Position numbers and translations under genes: made by a program. From assembly GCA_040385445.1 (NCBI GenBank), contig JAZKHI010000027.1, positions 14,549 through 78,548 of the forward strand: a DNA stretch of 64,000 bases, written 5' to 3'. Positions 25,434 through 34,983 of this stretch are shown in pieces (the stretch's first letter is position 1; the number at the start of each line of letters is the position of its first letter). The stretch comes from Bacteroidota bacterium. GTDB lineage: Bacteria; Bacteroidota; Bacteroidia; Flavobacteriales; Flavobacteriaceae. Below the pieces are notes generated by a model. It had not been told where the DNA came from, ran no database searches, and saw only the letters and a program-made list of their open reading frames with translations.

Positions 25434-27222
25434 AAGGTGTTATTTTTTCATCGATAAATAATTCTTCAGATTTATCGGATTCAATTATAGGATTTTTAAA
25501 TTCGGTGTTTTTAAATCGCCTAATTTTTTTTGTTTCTCTGATTGCTTTAGTCTCAAGTTCGTCTAATTTTCTATATGTTTCAAAAATACTTTTTTCATTT
25601 AAAGCTAAATCTTCTGTTTTTACTACTTTGGTAATTTCGTTATATTCCCATATTGAAATTGGTGGAAGAGAACTATCTCTATATGGTATATCAAAGTATT
25701 CATTTAATTCAGGATCATAGAAAAAAACGACACTAATATCTCTTGGGTCTCTTCTGAATAAAAACTTTTTTTTATTTTTCCCATCTTTCGCATGTATATA
25801 TTTTCTTAAAACATCATGATAATAGGTTATATGATCAATTAAAACGCCATATTCTTGAATTGTTCTTTCGATGAAGGGCATAAAATCTAATTTTAATTTT
25901 CTCTCATCTACTATTTTAGGCATAATACCTGTTCCGACTTGATTCTCATTCCCTAAGATTCCATTTTTAAATTTTTCTAAGGGAGACATTTTTATACCAG
26001 AGTGTGTTTTTTTATGATAAATTTCTGTAATATAAAGTGTTAACCATTTTTCAAACTCATTTAATGTTAATGCAGCATTCTTTTTAGAATCGTAATTTTT
26101 TCGTTCAAATGGTGAAGAGAATGTTGTTCCTGCTAAATCGTGAATTTCTTTTGCAAAAGTACCAAGCAGTCTTTCAATATGTCCTCCCCAATGTGGAGTA
26201 GCTACAGGTCTAAACTCTATATTGATATTATAATTCATGCATGCTTTTTTTAACATATTACCTCTAAACTCTTTTGCGTTATCTAGATGTATTGTATTCA
26301 TTTTTCCCCAACACGGCCATTCAGTTTTAACGCCAATTTTCTCTAACCACAATTCCTTAGGCAAGATTGCATGAGAAATACATAGTCCTGTACCCAAAGC
26401 TCCTGGTGTATCAAAAGATAAATAAAACCCTACTACCATTCTACTGAAGACATCTACAGCAACAGTTATCCAAGGTCTTTTGTATGGTTTCCTGCTAACT
26501 TCATCAACCAGTATAATATCCACTTTAGTATGATCTATTTGAACAATATTTATAGGATGTTCTGCTTCAGGAAAACTTCCCAATAATGGTGAGTATTTAT
26601 ATTTTGCATCCTTAGGACTAAATCTTCTCTTTAATATTTCTTCATCGGATATGTTTTTTATTCTTTGTCTAATAGTGATATCATGAGGAGCTGAAACATT
26701 TTTTTTAATACATTCTTGATTTATTATTCTGATTATTTTATTAATGGACTTTCTTGAAGTGTTAAGATATTTTGTTTCGATAACATTTTTAATAATTTCT
26801 TCAGTTGAAGGATCTAATCTACTCATACCTCTTCCTCCAGTTTTTGGTTTACCTAGTATAGATGCAACTGTACCGTTGTCTTTGTATAATTTGACCCATC
26901 TGTATAAAGTTGCAATACTAACATTTTCTTTTAGTGAAACTTCTTCAAACATTTTTTTATTTGTCTTTTCCTTTAAAAGTGGTGAAATGATTTGAAATCT
27001 TTTTTGTGCAATATTCCACTTTGATTCATTTAAAATTTCCAAATTATGTGCTTTTTCAATTTTTTTATTAATGGGTTTTAAATCATTAATATTAATTGAA
27101 AACAACTCATTAGTCTTAACGCTTTCTACTGTTAAAGAACTTATAGAGTCAATTCTAACAATAATTACCTCTTTGTTCTTAAAAAGAAATTTTTCTCCTA
27201 CATTTATAAAGTAATATGACAT
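25402..27222 (-). CDS. tnsB: TnsB/TniA DDE transposase
   Basis: N-terminal HTH, QIDHT, HLDNAKEF, GHIERLLGT, Mu-like C-terminus RDPRDIS. Confidence 0.95.
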   Translation of the reverse strand: MSYYFINVGEKFLFKNKEVIIVRIDSISSLTVESVKTNELFSININDLKPINKKIEKAHNLEILNESKWNIAQKRFQIISPLLKEKTNKKMFEEVSLKENVSIATLYRWVKLYKDNGTVASILGKPKTGGRGMSRLDPSTEEIIKNVIETKYLNTSRKSINKIIRIINQECIKKNVSAPHDITIRQRIKNISDEEILKRRFSPKDAKYKYSPLLGSFPEAEHPINIVQIDHTKVDIILVDEVSRKPYKRPWITVAVDVFSRMVVGFYLSFDTPGALGTGLCISHAILPKELWLEKIGVKTEWPCWGKMNTIHLDNAKEFRGNMLKKACMNYNINIEFRPVATPHWGGHIERLLGTFAKEIHDLAGTTFSSPFERKNYDSKKNAALTLNEFEKWLTLYITEIYHKKTHSGIKMSPLEKFKNGILGNENQVGTGIMPKIVDERKLKLDFMPFIERTIQEYGVLIDHITYYHDVLRKYIHAKDGKNKKKFLFRRDPRDISVVFFYDPELNEYFDIPYRDSSLPPISIWEYNEITKVVKTEDLALNEKSIFETYRKLDELETKAIRETKKIRRFKNTEFKNPIIESDKSEELFIDEKITPFEDIDDGTFE

Positions 27223-27223
27223 T

Positions 27224-27883
27224 TTAAATCCAAATTTTAGAGTTCATATTTAATTTTATATTTAAATCTGCTTTTATCTCTTTAGCTAAAACTAAATACC
27301 ATAATAAATATAAGGTTTCAGCTTTCCTCTCTATATTATTACATAATTTATCTAATAAAATATTAGGAGTACATTCTTGTGTGTTTTTTACTGTTTTTTT
27401 TATTTCCTCTAAATCTTTATTGGATAAAAAAGAAATTACACCACCAGAGTGATAATTAAAACTATATCTAAGCAAGAACTTTACATTTTCTAAATATGAA
27501 CTTCTAATATCTATTTCTGTTAAAATTAGAAATTTGATATTGTTTGCTTTACAGAATTCTCTAGCAGCTTCAAACTTATATTTGAATTTATCGTGATTTA
27601 TTAATAAATCGTTTGAGTATTTAATTTCAACAATTTCTTTTCTCCCATTTTCATATTCAATATAAAAATCAGGCACATAATATTTTTTGTCATTGCAATA
27701 ATAAATTTTAATTGGTTGATGACAATATTTTACCACTTTATCTTCAAATTCTAATAAAGAAATAAAATCTCTCTCTAAAGATGATTCAAAATCAATAGTA
27801 TCGTTATTTTTTAAACTAACAATACTACCAGATAGTGAGAATTCTTTTATCGGAATATTACGAGATTTTTTAAAAGAAACCAT
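27224..27883 (-). CDS. tnsA: TnsA endonuclease
   Basis: FESSLERD, QP, YVPDFY, IVEIK, TE..IR; start taken at MVSFKKSR because the upstream in-frame ATG lies in the terminal repeats. Confidence 0.9.
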   Translation of the reverse strand: MVSFKKSRNIPIKEFSLSGSIVSLKNNDTIDFESSLERDFISLLEFEDKVVKYCHQPIKIYYCNDKKYYVPDFYIEYENGRKEIVEIKYSNDLLINHDKFKYKFEAAREFCKANNIKFLILTEIDIRSSYLENVKFLLRYSFNYHSGGVISFLSNKDLEEIKKTVKNTQECTPNILLDKLCNNIERKAETLYLLWYLVLAKEIKADLNIKLNMNSKIWI

Positions 27884-27927
27884 TACTTTTTTTGTTAAGT
27901 AATGTAAATTTAATTCATTTTTTTGAG

Positions 27928-27987
27928 GATTCTCATTTACTTCTATGAAATTTCCGCCTTGATTCTTATTTACTTCCATTTTTTACA
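27928..27987 (-). repeat. Transposon end next to tnsA: 8-bp terminus plus two putative TnsB sites 33 bp apart
   Basis: Minus strand TGTAAAAA-atggaagtaaataagaatc ... atagaagtaaatgagaatc. Confidence 0.9.
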
Positions 27988-28673
27988 GCGGTGGAAGTTA
28001 TCCGCAACCTGGAGAAATTTCTTTGGCACATAATGGCGTTTTGTTTTTGGATGAATTACCCGAATTTAAACGAGAAGTTTTAGAAGTTATGCGTCAACCT
28101 TTGGAAGACAGAGAAGTGACAATCGCGCGAGCCAAATTTACCATTACGTATCCATCTTCATTTATGTTGGTGGCAAGTATGAATCCAAGTCCAAGTGGGT
28201 TTTTTAACGATTCGAAAAATTCAAATGGTGCTTCTCAAATGGAAATGCAGCGTTATTTGAGTAAAATTTCTGGACCTTTATTAGACAGAATCGACATTCA
28301 TATTGAAGTTACTCCAGTACCTTTTGAAAAATTATCGGAAACTCGAAAAGCGGAAAGTAGCGTGGAAATTAGAAAACGTGTCACAACCGCTAGAAATGTT
28401 CAAACTCAACGTTTTGAAACCTACAATCACATTCATTATAACGCTCAAATGAGCAGTAAATTGATACGAGAATATTGTGCTTTGGATGAAGTTTCACTTC
28501 AACTATTGAAAACCGCTATGGAACGTTTGAATTTATCGGCGCGTGCTTATGATAGAATTTTAAAGGTTTCCCGAACGATTGCCGATTTAGAAAATTCTGA
28601 AAATGTATATTCGCATCATATTGCTGAAGCGATTCAATACAGAAGTTTAGATCGAGAAGGTTGGTTAGGATAA
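27988..28673 (+). pseudogene. comM: comM/yifB 3' part (begins with the right GCGGT duplication)
   Basis: GSYPQPGEISLAHNGVLFLDELPEF, LLDRID, LSARAYDRILKVSRTIADL. Confidence 0.95.
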
Positions 28674-29288
28674 TTCCGATTTATTGGTTTTGTTTCCAAT
28701 AAAAATTAAAGTTCCCATTATAAATAAGAAAAACAAACTGATTAATACAGAGTTGATTAGAACTTGCTGATAGCCAATTGTAGTTACATCAACAAAAGGA
28801 TATGGATAAAAGCCTGAAAAATGACCTCGTATGATTATAAATAAAAGATAACCAATTGGATACCAGAGCCAAATTTTAATATTCTTAAACTGTAAATTGT
28901 TTTTTTCTCCGAATTGTATCCAATACAACAATACAAAAAGCGGAATTACAGAGTGTAACAGCTCATTAATAATCATTTGAAATCCAGTTGGTTTCCAAGT
29001 GCTTCTTAAAATAAATTGATAGATTAATCCAACAACTAAGATAAATGCGGTAATAGCAGTTAATGCTTCTTTGTTTGATAATTTTGAGATTTGAGTTTTC
29101 TTGAACAAAGAAATTCGTGAAGTAAAATATAAAACAACTAATAAGTTGGTTAGAACGGTGAAATAACTAAAGAATCTAATAACGGTTTCAGTAACTTCTG
29201 CTTGTCTGTTTTCAATAGCTAAATAAAATTGCCCGATGATGGAAAACCAACCTAAAATAAATCCTGTTATATCAATGTAATTTCTCAT
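28665..29288 (-). CDS. Pr6Pr-family membrane protein
   Basis: FFSYFTVLTN, LLHSVIP, YPYPF motifs; multi-TM. Confidence 0.75.
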   Translation of the reverse strand: MRNYIDITGFILGWFSIIGQFYLAIENRQAEVTETVIRFFSYFTVLTNLLVVLYFTSRISLFKKTQISKLSNKEALTAITAFILVVGLIYQFILRSTWKPTGFQMIINELLHSVIPLFVLLYWIQFGEKNNLQFKNIKIWLWYPIGYLLFIIIRGHFSGFYPYPFVDVTTIGYQQVLINSVLISLFFLFIMGTLIFIGNKTNKSELS

Positions 29289-29476
29289 AAAATTGTTGTT
29301 TTTCAGTGAATTATGTAAGTGATAGTATCAAAAGTACGAAACAAAGTTTAAATATTGTTATCTAAAAACAAGTAATATTTTTTATGTCGAAATATGATAA
29401 AGTAATCTTAAAATTGAGGAAATTAAGACTTTCAAAAACTAATTTGACTATTTTTGTGGCACAACATTCACTTCTT

Positions 29477-30751
29477 ATGTCATTTAAAATAAAAATTGCA
29501 CCTCAATTTAAGGTGTGTCAAAAATTAGTTCTAGTTTCTGTTTTAATTGGTTTTTTAGCCTCGTTTTTAGCAGTTTCTTTAAAGAAAATGACAGAACATT
29601 ATGAAGATATTTTTTTCTTAAAGGCAATCGAATTTAATTTTTTATTTTTTTTATTTCCTCTTTTTGGATTAACGATTATTTACTTTTTACGAAAATATTT
29701 GTTTAAGAATAAAGAAAACAAAGGGATTAAGGAAATTTTTGAATGCACGGAAAGTCCAAACAAAAATTTACCTGTTTTTAAAATCCCATCGCATTTTATC
29801 AATGGATTTTTCACTGTAATTTTTGGTGGTTCAACAGGTATTGAAGTCTCAACCGTAGTTTCATCTGCTACAATTGGATCCGTAGCACAACGAAAAGCGA
29901 ATTTTCTACAAGAATATAAAACTGAACTAATTTGTGCCGGAATCGCAGCCGGAATTACCGCTTTATTTAGCAGTCCAATTGCTGGAATTTTGTTTTCTGT
30001 GGAAGTCATTTCAAGAAAAATAAATAGAACTTTGTTGTTCACTAATTTCATAGCCGTTTTTGTTGCATCTGCATTAGTTTATGTTTTAGATGAACCAACT
30101 TTATTTGCCATTAAAATAAGTACTTGGCATTTTTACGCCATTCCGTATTTTATGATTTTAGGCGTTTTGGCTGGAATCAATTCTGTTTTCTTAACTAAAA
30201 GTGTGTTATACTTCAAATCTCAATTCAATAAAATCGAAAAAAATCAGAATAAAGTTTTAATCGGAACAATACTTATTGGTGGTGCAATTTTACTTTTACC
30301 AACATTGTACGGCGACAGTTATCACGGAATTAAGGAAATATTAATTCATCCAAATACGAGTTTCTCACTAAAATTCTTCCTTTCTATCTTTGGGATTTTA
30401 TTATTAAAACCGATAATTACAGCAATCACTTTAGCTTCTGGTGGCGATGGTGGTGTTTTTGCGCCAAGTTTAGTAATTGGAGCATTTTTAGGTTTTTTTG
30501 TGGCGACATTTGTAAACACATTTTTCAATGCGAATGTGTTGCCAATTAATTTTATCATTATTGGTATGGCGGCGTTGTTGAGTGCTAGTATTCATGCACC
30601 ATTTACGGCTTTGTTTTTAGTATGTAGTATTGTAAATGATTATACTTTGTTTATTCCAATATTGTTGGTTTGTTTGATTTCAAAATACACAGCGAAATAT
30701 ATTTTTCCTCATACTGTTTATAGTTTTAGTTTGAATCCAGTTAAAGCGTAA
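29477..30751 (+). CDS. Chloride channel (ClC) family protein
   Basis: GGSTGIE, GGDGGVFAP, HAPFTA; start moved downstream of a TATTTTTG -7 box at 29449. Confidence 0.85.
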   Translation: MSFKIKIAPQFKVCQKLVLVSVLIGFLASFLAVSLKKMTEHYEDIFFLKAIEFNFLFFLFPLFGLTIIYFLRKYLFKNKENKGIKEIFECTESPNKNLPVFKIPSHFINGFFTVIFGGSTGIEVSTVVSSATIGSVAQRKANFLQEYKTELICAGIAAGITALFSSPIAGILFSVEVISRKINRTLLFTNFIAVFVASALVYVLDEPTLFAIKISTWHFYAIPYFMILGVLAGINSVFLTKSVLYFKSQFNKIEKNQNKVLIGTILIGGAILLLPTLYGDSYHGIKEILIHPNTSFSLKFFLSIFGILLLKPIITAITLASGGDGGVFAPSLVIGAFLGFFVATFVNTFFNANVLPINFIIIGMAALLSASIHAPFTALFLVCSIVNDYTLFIPILLVCLISKYTAKYIFPHTVYSFSLNPVKA

Positions 30752-30753
30752 GT

Positions 30754-31362
30754 ATGCCTATTCAAAAGATAAAAAGAGGATATAGAAGAACGAGATATAT
30801 CTTTTACAAAGAAACTTTAATCGATTTTAAAGAGCATTTTTGGTCGTTTGTGGGTTCGTTTTTTGGAATTGGAATTATTGCTTATTTACAAAGTCAGACT
30901 TTAGAAACTTCTGATTTGGTTTTTCTAATTGGTTCTTTCGGAGCCTCAAGTGTTTTGGTTTATGGAGTGATTCAAAGTCCGCTAGCACAACCTCGAAATT
31001 TAATTGGTGGACATTTGGTTTCAGCAATTATTGGTGTAACGGTTCAGAAACTAATTCCAGATATTTTGTGGATTTCCGCACCATTAGCGGTTTCGCTATC
31101 CATCGTTTTTATGCAAATTACGAAAACACTCCATCCACCAGGTGGCGCAACAGCTTTAATTGCAGTTACAGGTTCAGTTGCGATTAAAAAAATGGGATAT
31201 TTTTATGTGATTTCACCTGTTTTAAGTGGTGTTTTAATTCTACTTTTAGTTGCGATTATTTTCAACAACATGACTTCCAACAGAATTTATCCTGTGAACA
31301 AAAAATTTGGAAATATGAGAAACCGAATCCTGATATTTCCAAAATATGAAAAAAAGAAATAG
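30754..31362 (+). CDS. HPP family membrane protein
   Basis: SFGASSVL, SPLAQPRN, HPPGGA. Confidence 0.9.
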   Translation: MPIQKIKRGYRRTRYIFYKETLIDFKEHFWSFVGSFFGIGIIAYLQSQTLETSDLVFLIGSFGASSVLVYGVIQSPLAQPRNLIGGHLVSAIIGVTVQKLIPDILWISAPLAVSLSIVFMQITKTLHPPGGATALIAVTGSVAIKKMGYFYVISPVLSGVLILLLVAIIFNNMTSNRIYPVNKKFGNMRNRILIFPKYEKKK

Positions 31363-31833
31363 TTATTCAAAAACCCCATTTATTTTTGATAATGGCATTT
31401 TTGAATCAAAAATTAGTTTTGATACATCTTTAAAAGCGGTTCCATCTTCATTTAAAACGCCATAACCTTCAATTAATTTGTCGCCGTCAAGCTTAAAAGC
31501 TACTTCTCTAACGCTTTCTTTTCCTTCTGATTTAAAAGTATATTTTCCTAGTAAAATTCCGTTATCAAATTTTCCAGAGAATTTTCCAGAATTTCTATCT
31601 TTTTCCGCTAATTGATACGTTAGATATCCTTTAATTTCGTCTCCATTTTTTTCAATTACAAAAGTAATTAGGTTTTTTTCATCATCAAAAAGATAGTTAC
31701 CCATCACTAACGAATCTGCTTTTTTTTCATCAGATTTAATCGCTTCAGGTTTTGCATTTTCTGTTTTTTCTTCTTGGTTTTTACAATTTAGCATCGTTAA
31801 TGTTGTAAAAAATAATACGGCTAACTTCTTCAT
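31363..31833 (-). CDS. Hypothetical lipoprotein
   Basis: Signal peptide with Cys (MLNC); AEKD.N.G motif. Confidence 0.6.
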   Translation of the reverse strand: MKKLAVLFFTTLTMLNCKNQEEKTENAKPEAIKSDEKKADSLVMGNYLFDDEKNLITFVIEKNGDEIKGYLTYQLAEKDRNSGKFSGKFDNGILLGKYTFKSEGKESVREVAFKLDGDKLIEGYGVLNEDGTAFKDVSKLIFDSKMPLSKINGVFE

Positions 31834-31850
31834 ATTTATGTTTTTAAATG

Positions 31851-32606
31851 TTAATCTATTTTTTTGAATACTATTTTTTTTCCGGATGGATTTGATAATA
31901 TTAACCTATTTTCTCCAATAGTATAACTTGTAATATTTTGGAGTGTATTTATGAATTCTGTTTCTTTATAAAAATTATCGCACATCATTTTAGTGGAAGC
32001 AAGATTGATAAATCGAAGTTTCTCTTTTTCAAAAAACAAAGAACCATTCATTTGATTACAACCTGAAAAACCTGAAAATTTATTTGTGCTGGCATTAATT
32101 TCTATCATTGGGAATTTTTTACCAAAATCTTCAGAGCTAATTTTTTTACCATTCAATTCTTCTAAAACCCAAATATCATGCAAACGATAATCTGTAATAT
32201 ATTGTCCGCAACCCTTAATTTTATAAAATTCAGAAGCTTTATTTTTTTTAAATTCTACAGAAATGGTATACGGAAAAATTTCTCCAGACATTTCATTTTC
32301 ACATTCTTGGTGAGAAATTTGAATGTTAAACTGCGCCGATTCGGTTTTGATTTTATATAATTTCACATTGCTATCCATAGCAAAAACAGGCTCGGAGTGA
32401 GGCATTATAATTGAATCTTCTGGAGTTTTATAGACAATTTTATCTTTTGAAATAGAAATGTTCCAAAATGGTTCCGTTCCGTTAGCTTTAAAATAAACGG
32501 CTTTCCCTGAATCAGTTGAATTAACTTCAGGAGTAGTTGAAATCGAAACCGTTTTGCAACTCAAAACAAGTAGAAATATAATTCCGAAATAGATTGACTT
32601 ATTCAT
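31851..32606 (-). CDS. META-domain lipoprotein
   Basis: Lipobox LSC, GTEPFW, GFSGCN, STKMMC. Confidence 0.8.
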   Translation of the reverse strand: MNKSIYFGIIFLLVLSCKTVSISTTPEVNSTDSGKAVYFKANGTEPFWNISISKDKIVYKTPEDSIIMPHSEPVFAMDSNVKLYKIKTESAQFNIQISHQECENEMSGEIFPYTISVEFKKNKASEFYKIKGCGQYITDYRLHDIWVLEELNGKKISSEDFGKKFPMIEINASTNKFSGFSGCNQMNGSLFFEKEKLRFINLASTKMMCDNFYKETEFINTLQNITSYTIGENRLILSNPSGKKIVFKKID

Positions 32607-32621
32607 ACCGACAAGTATAAA

Positions 32622-33047
32622 TTATTTTTTGATTTTTTTGAATCGCATCATAGGAATATCTCCTTTGTTTAAATAAAGTTTTCCTTCCGCATCAATATAA
32701 TAATGGTTAACTTCTTTCATCATTTTTAAGAAAACTTGTTCCCCGCCACCTTCACAATATCTCATTGTCATTGGAAAATTTTCACCAAAATTAATGGTTT
32801 GCCCTACTAAAGTGTATTTCGTGCCAAAACCATTACAACCTGTAGTTCCGTTTACTTCATTTTTTGAAGTATTAAAAGTAATTTGTGGTTTGTTTTCTGG
32901 AAATAAACCATCAAAAGCAATTTTTGATCCAGTAATATATTCTAATTCCCAAGTTTCATTTGATAAAGGAACTGTGTTTTGTAATGCTGTGCATCCGGTC
33001 ATTACTAATGCAAAAATGCAAACTAAAAGTTGTGTGTAGCTTTTCAT
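32622..33047 (-). CDS. META-domain (HslJ-like) lipoprotein
   Basis: Lipobox TGC, GTTGCN, TMRYC. Confidence 0.8.
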   Translation of the reverse strand: MKSYTQLLVCIFALVMTGCTALQNTVPLSNETWELEYITGSKIAFDGLFPENKPQITFNTSKNEVNGTTGCNGFGTKYTLVGQTINFGENFPMTMRYCEGGGEQVFLKMMKEVNHYYIDAEGKLYLNKGDIPMMRFKKIKK

Positions 33048-33180
33048 ATCTAAGATTTTAAGATTGAAGTAAATATTATGATGAATTAAAGGTAATGAAA
33101 AATATTTAGCTATTTAAATTTGTAAGATTATTTGTAAGTTAAAATACATCCATTAGAGTTGTAATTTCGTATATAAAAGT

Positions 33181-34143
33181 ATGAAAAAACACCAACTATA
33201 TTTCTTGCTTTTACTTTCGTTTCCTGGCTTTTTAGTTGCTCAGAAAATTGATAACATGGCATCTTTTCGTGATATGAATGCCAATCGTTATTTTCGATTC
33301 AATTATGATAATGACTATTTTGCTTCAAGAGATCAAGATTATACTCAAGGTTATAATTTCGAATTGGTCTCACCAAATTTGCAAAAAAATCCAATTAATA
33401 AAATACTTTTACATTCGAAAAACGCTGAAAATAAATACGGAATTTCCATTGAACACATTGGCTTCACACCATTTAATATTAAAAGTCCAGAAATACAATT
33501 TGGCGACAGACCTTTCGCTTCTGCAATTATGCTGAAAAGCTTTGCTATTGCGACTGATACCATTCGTAAATCACGATTAGTTTCTTCATTCAATATTGGA
33601 TTAATTGGTCCGGGTGCTTTTGGAAAAGAAATGCAAGTCGCCATTCATGAAGCAACAGGAAATACCATTCCTGAAGGCTGGCAAAATCAGATTAAAAATG
33701 ATATTGTATTGAATTATGAAGTCAGTTACGAAAAACAATTGTTAAGTTATCGTAATTTGTTTTCGCTACAATCCAATACCAGATTACGTTTAGGAACTTT
33801 ATTTACCAATGCTGGTTTCGGTTTGACTTCTACTTTCGGAATTGTGAATTCACCTTTTTCTTCATCAAAAAATAAAAATAGATTTTCGATTTATGGATTT
33901 GCTCAATCTATGGTGAATGTTATTGGTTACGATGCCACATTGCAAGGCGGAATGTTTAATAAAAAAAGTCCTTACACAATTTCAAATAACGAATTAGAAC
34001 GCTTCACTGCTCAAGCTAATTTTGGAATTATTATGCAAACTCGTACAATGTATTTTGAATATTCACGTTTTCTAATTACAAGAGAATTTGAAGTTGGAAA
34101 AAGTAGTAAATGGGGTGGAATTAAAGTTGGTTTTCGTTTTTAA
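33181..34143 (+). CDS. Lipid A deacylase LpxR family outer-membrane protein
   Basis: DND...D..YTQG, TP, DRPFA, GWQNQI, terminal Phe. Confidence 0.8.
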   Translation: MKKHQLYFLLLLSFPGFLVAQKIDNMASFRDMNANRYFRFNYDNDYFASRDQDYTQGYNFELVSPNLQKNPINKILLHSKNAENKYGISIEHIGFTPFNIKSPEIQFGDRPFASAIMLKSFAIATDTIRKSRLVSSFNIGLIGPGAFGKEMQVAIHEATGNTIPEGWQNQIKNDIVLNYEVSYEKQLLSYRNLFSLQSNTRLRLGTLFTNAGFGLTSTFGIVNSPFSSSKNKNRFSIYGFAQSMVNVIGYDATLQGGMFNKKSPYTISNNELERFTAQANFGIIMQTRTMYFEYSRFLITREFEVGKSSKWGGIKVGFRF

Positions 34144-34216
34144 AATTGGTAAAATCCAATTTCAGATTCTACATAATTACTTTCACTAACGTGTATATTT
34201 TAGTATATTTGATTTT

Positions 34217-34981
34217 ATGAAGAACTTTGTTGAAAACGATTCGGTTGTTAGAAAAATTTGGGGTAAAAGCGACACCATACTTTTTATTTTTGCAGGTGCT
34301 TCTGCAGAATTTGCACTTAATAAAGCAGTTGATTGGTTATACTTCACGGGGAAATTACCTTCGGATCCTTTAGGAAGACTTTTTTCCACAGTTCGTTATG
34401 CTAGAAAAATTGTTTTTTCTTCTATGGATGATGCGAATGCTGCAATTGATATGATGCGAAAAATTCATTCCGCTGTGGAACAAAATAGAGGCGATGTGAT
34501 TCCAGATTGGGCTTACAGAGATGTGTTGTTTATGCTCATTCATTATTCTATAGCGGCTTACGAATTATTAGAACAGAAATTAAGTGCTGCCGAAAAAGAA
34601 GAAGTTTACAATGTTTTTTATCGTGTTGGAATCAGAATGGGATTGAAGGAATTGCCAGAAACCTATATTGATTGGCTTCCAGTAAGAGAATCGCATTTAA
34701 ATAAAAATTTACAGAAGAGTAATTTTACTACCGATTTATTCAAACAATATCGTAAACATTTGGGCGCAATGCGTTATAACGTTTTGATTGAAGGTCAGAA
34801 ATTAGTCGTACCAAAACGAGTAAAAGAACTAATGCATTTTAGCAGTTTTTCACTAATTACACCTCTTGTTCCGATTTATAAATTTAGTAAATTGATAAAA
34901 ATGGACGGATTTATAAAAAATATTCTACTTCCATCAGATTACAAAGCACAAATTGACGAGTTAGATATTCATAAAGATTAA
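34217..34981 (+). CDS. Oxygenase MpaB/DUF2236 family protein
   Basis: DPLGRLFST..Y, IH..V pattern. Confidence 0.65.
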   Translation: MKNFVENDSVVRKIWGKSDTILFIFAGASAEFALNKAVDWLYFTGKLPSDPLGRLFSTVRYARKIVFSSMDDANAAIDMMRKIHSAVEQNRGDVIPDWAYRDVLFMLIHYSIAAYELLEQKLSAAEKEEVYNVFYRVGIRMGLKELPETYIDWLPVRESHLNKNLQKSNFTTDLFKQYRKHLGAMRYNVLIEGQKLVVPKRVKELMHFSSFSLITPLVPIYKFSKLIKMDGFIKNILLPSDYKAQIDELDIHKD

Positions 34982-34983
34982 TA

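Larger units (their letters stand above)
6053..27987 (-). mobile_element. Complete Tn7-like transposon (21,935 bp) inserted in comM
   Basis: Ends TGT (6053) and ACA (27987); flanking direct repeat GCGGT at 6048-6052 and 27988-27992; shared AGTAAATGAGAAT-type repeats in inverted orientation at both ends; tnsABC and tniQ inside. Confidence 0.95.

Noticed and set aside
27884-27979. N-terminal 32 aa of the 251-aa TnsA ORF
   Set aside because: It runs through the terminal repeats (EVNKN/EVNEN are the translated TnsB sites); the ATG at 27883 is more plausible.
28023-28673. Independent 216-aa ATPase gene
   Set aside because: It is the 3' half of the interrupted comM; homology extends upstream to the duplication at 27988.
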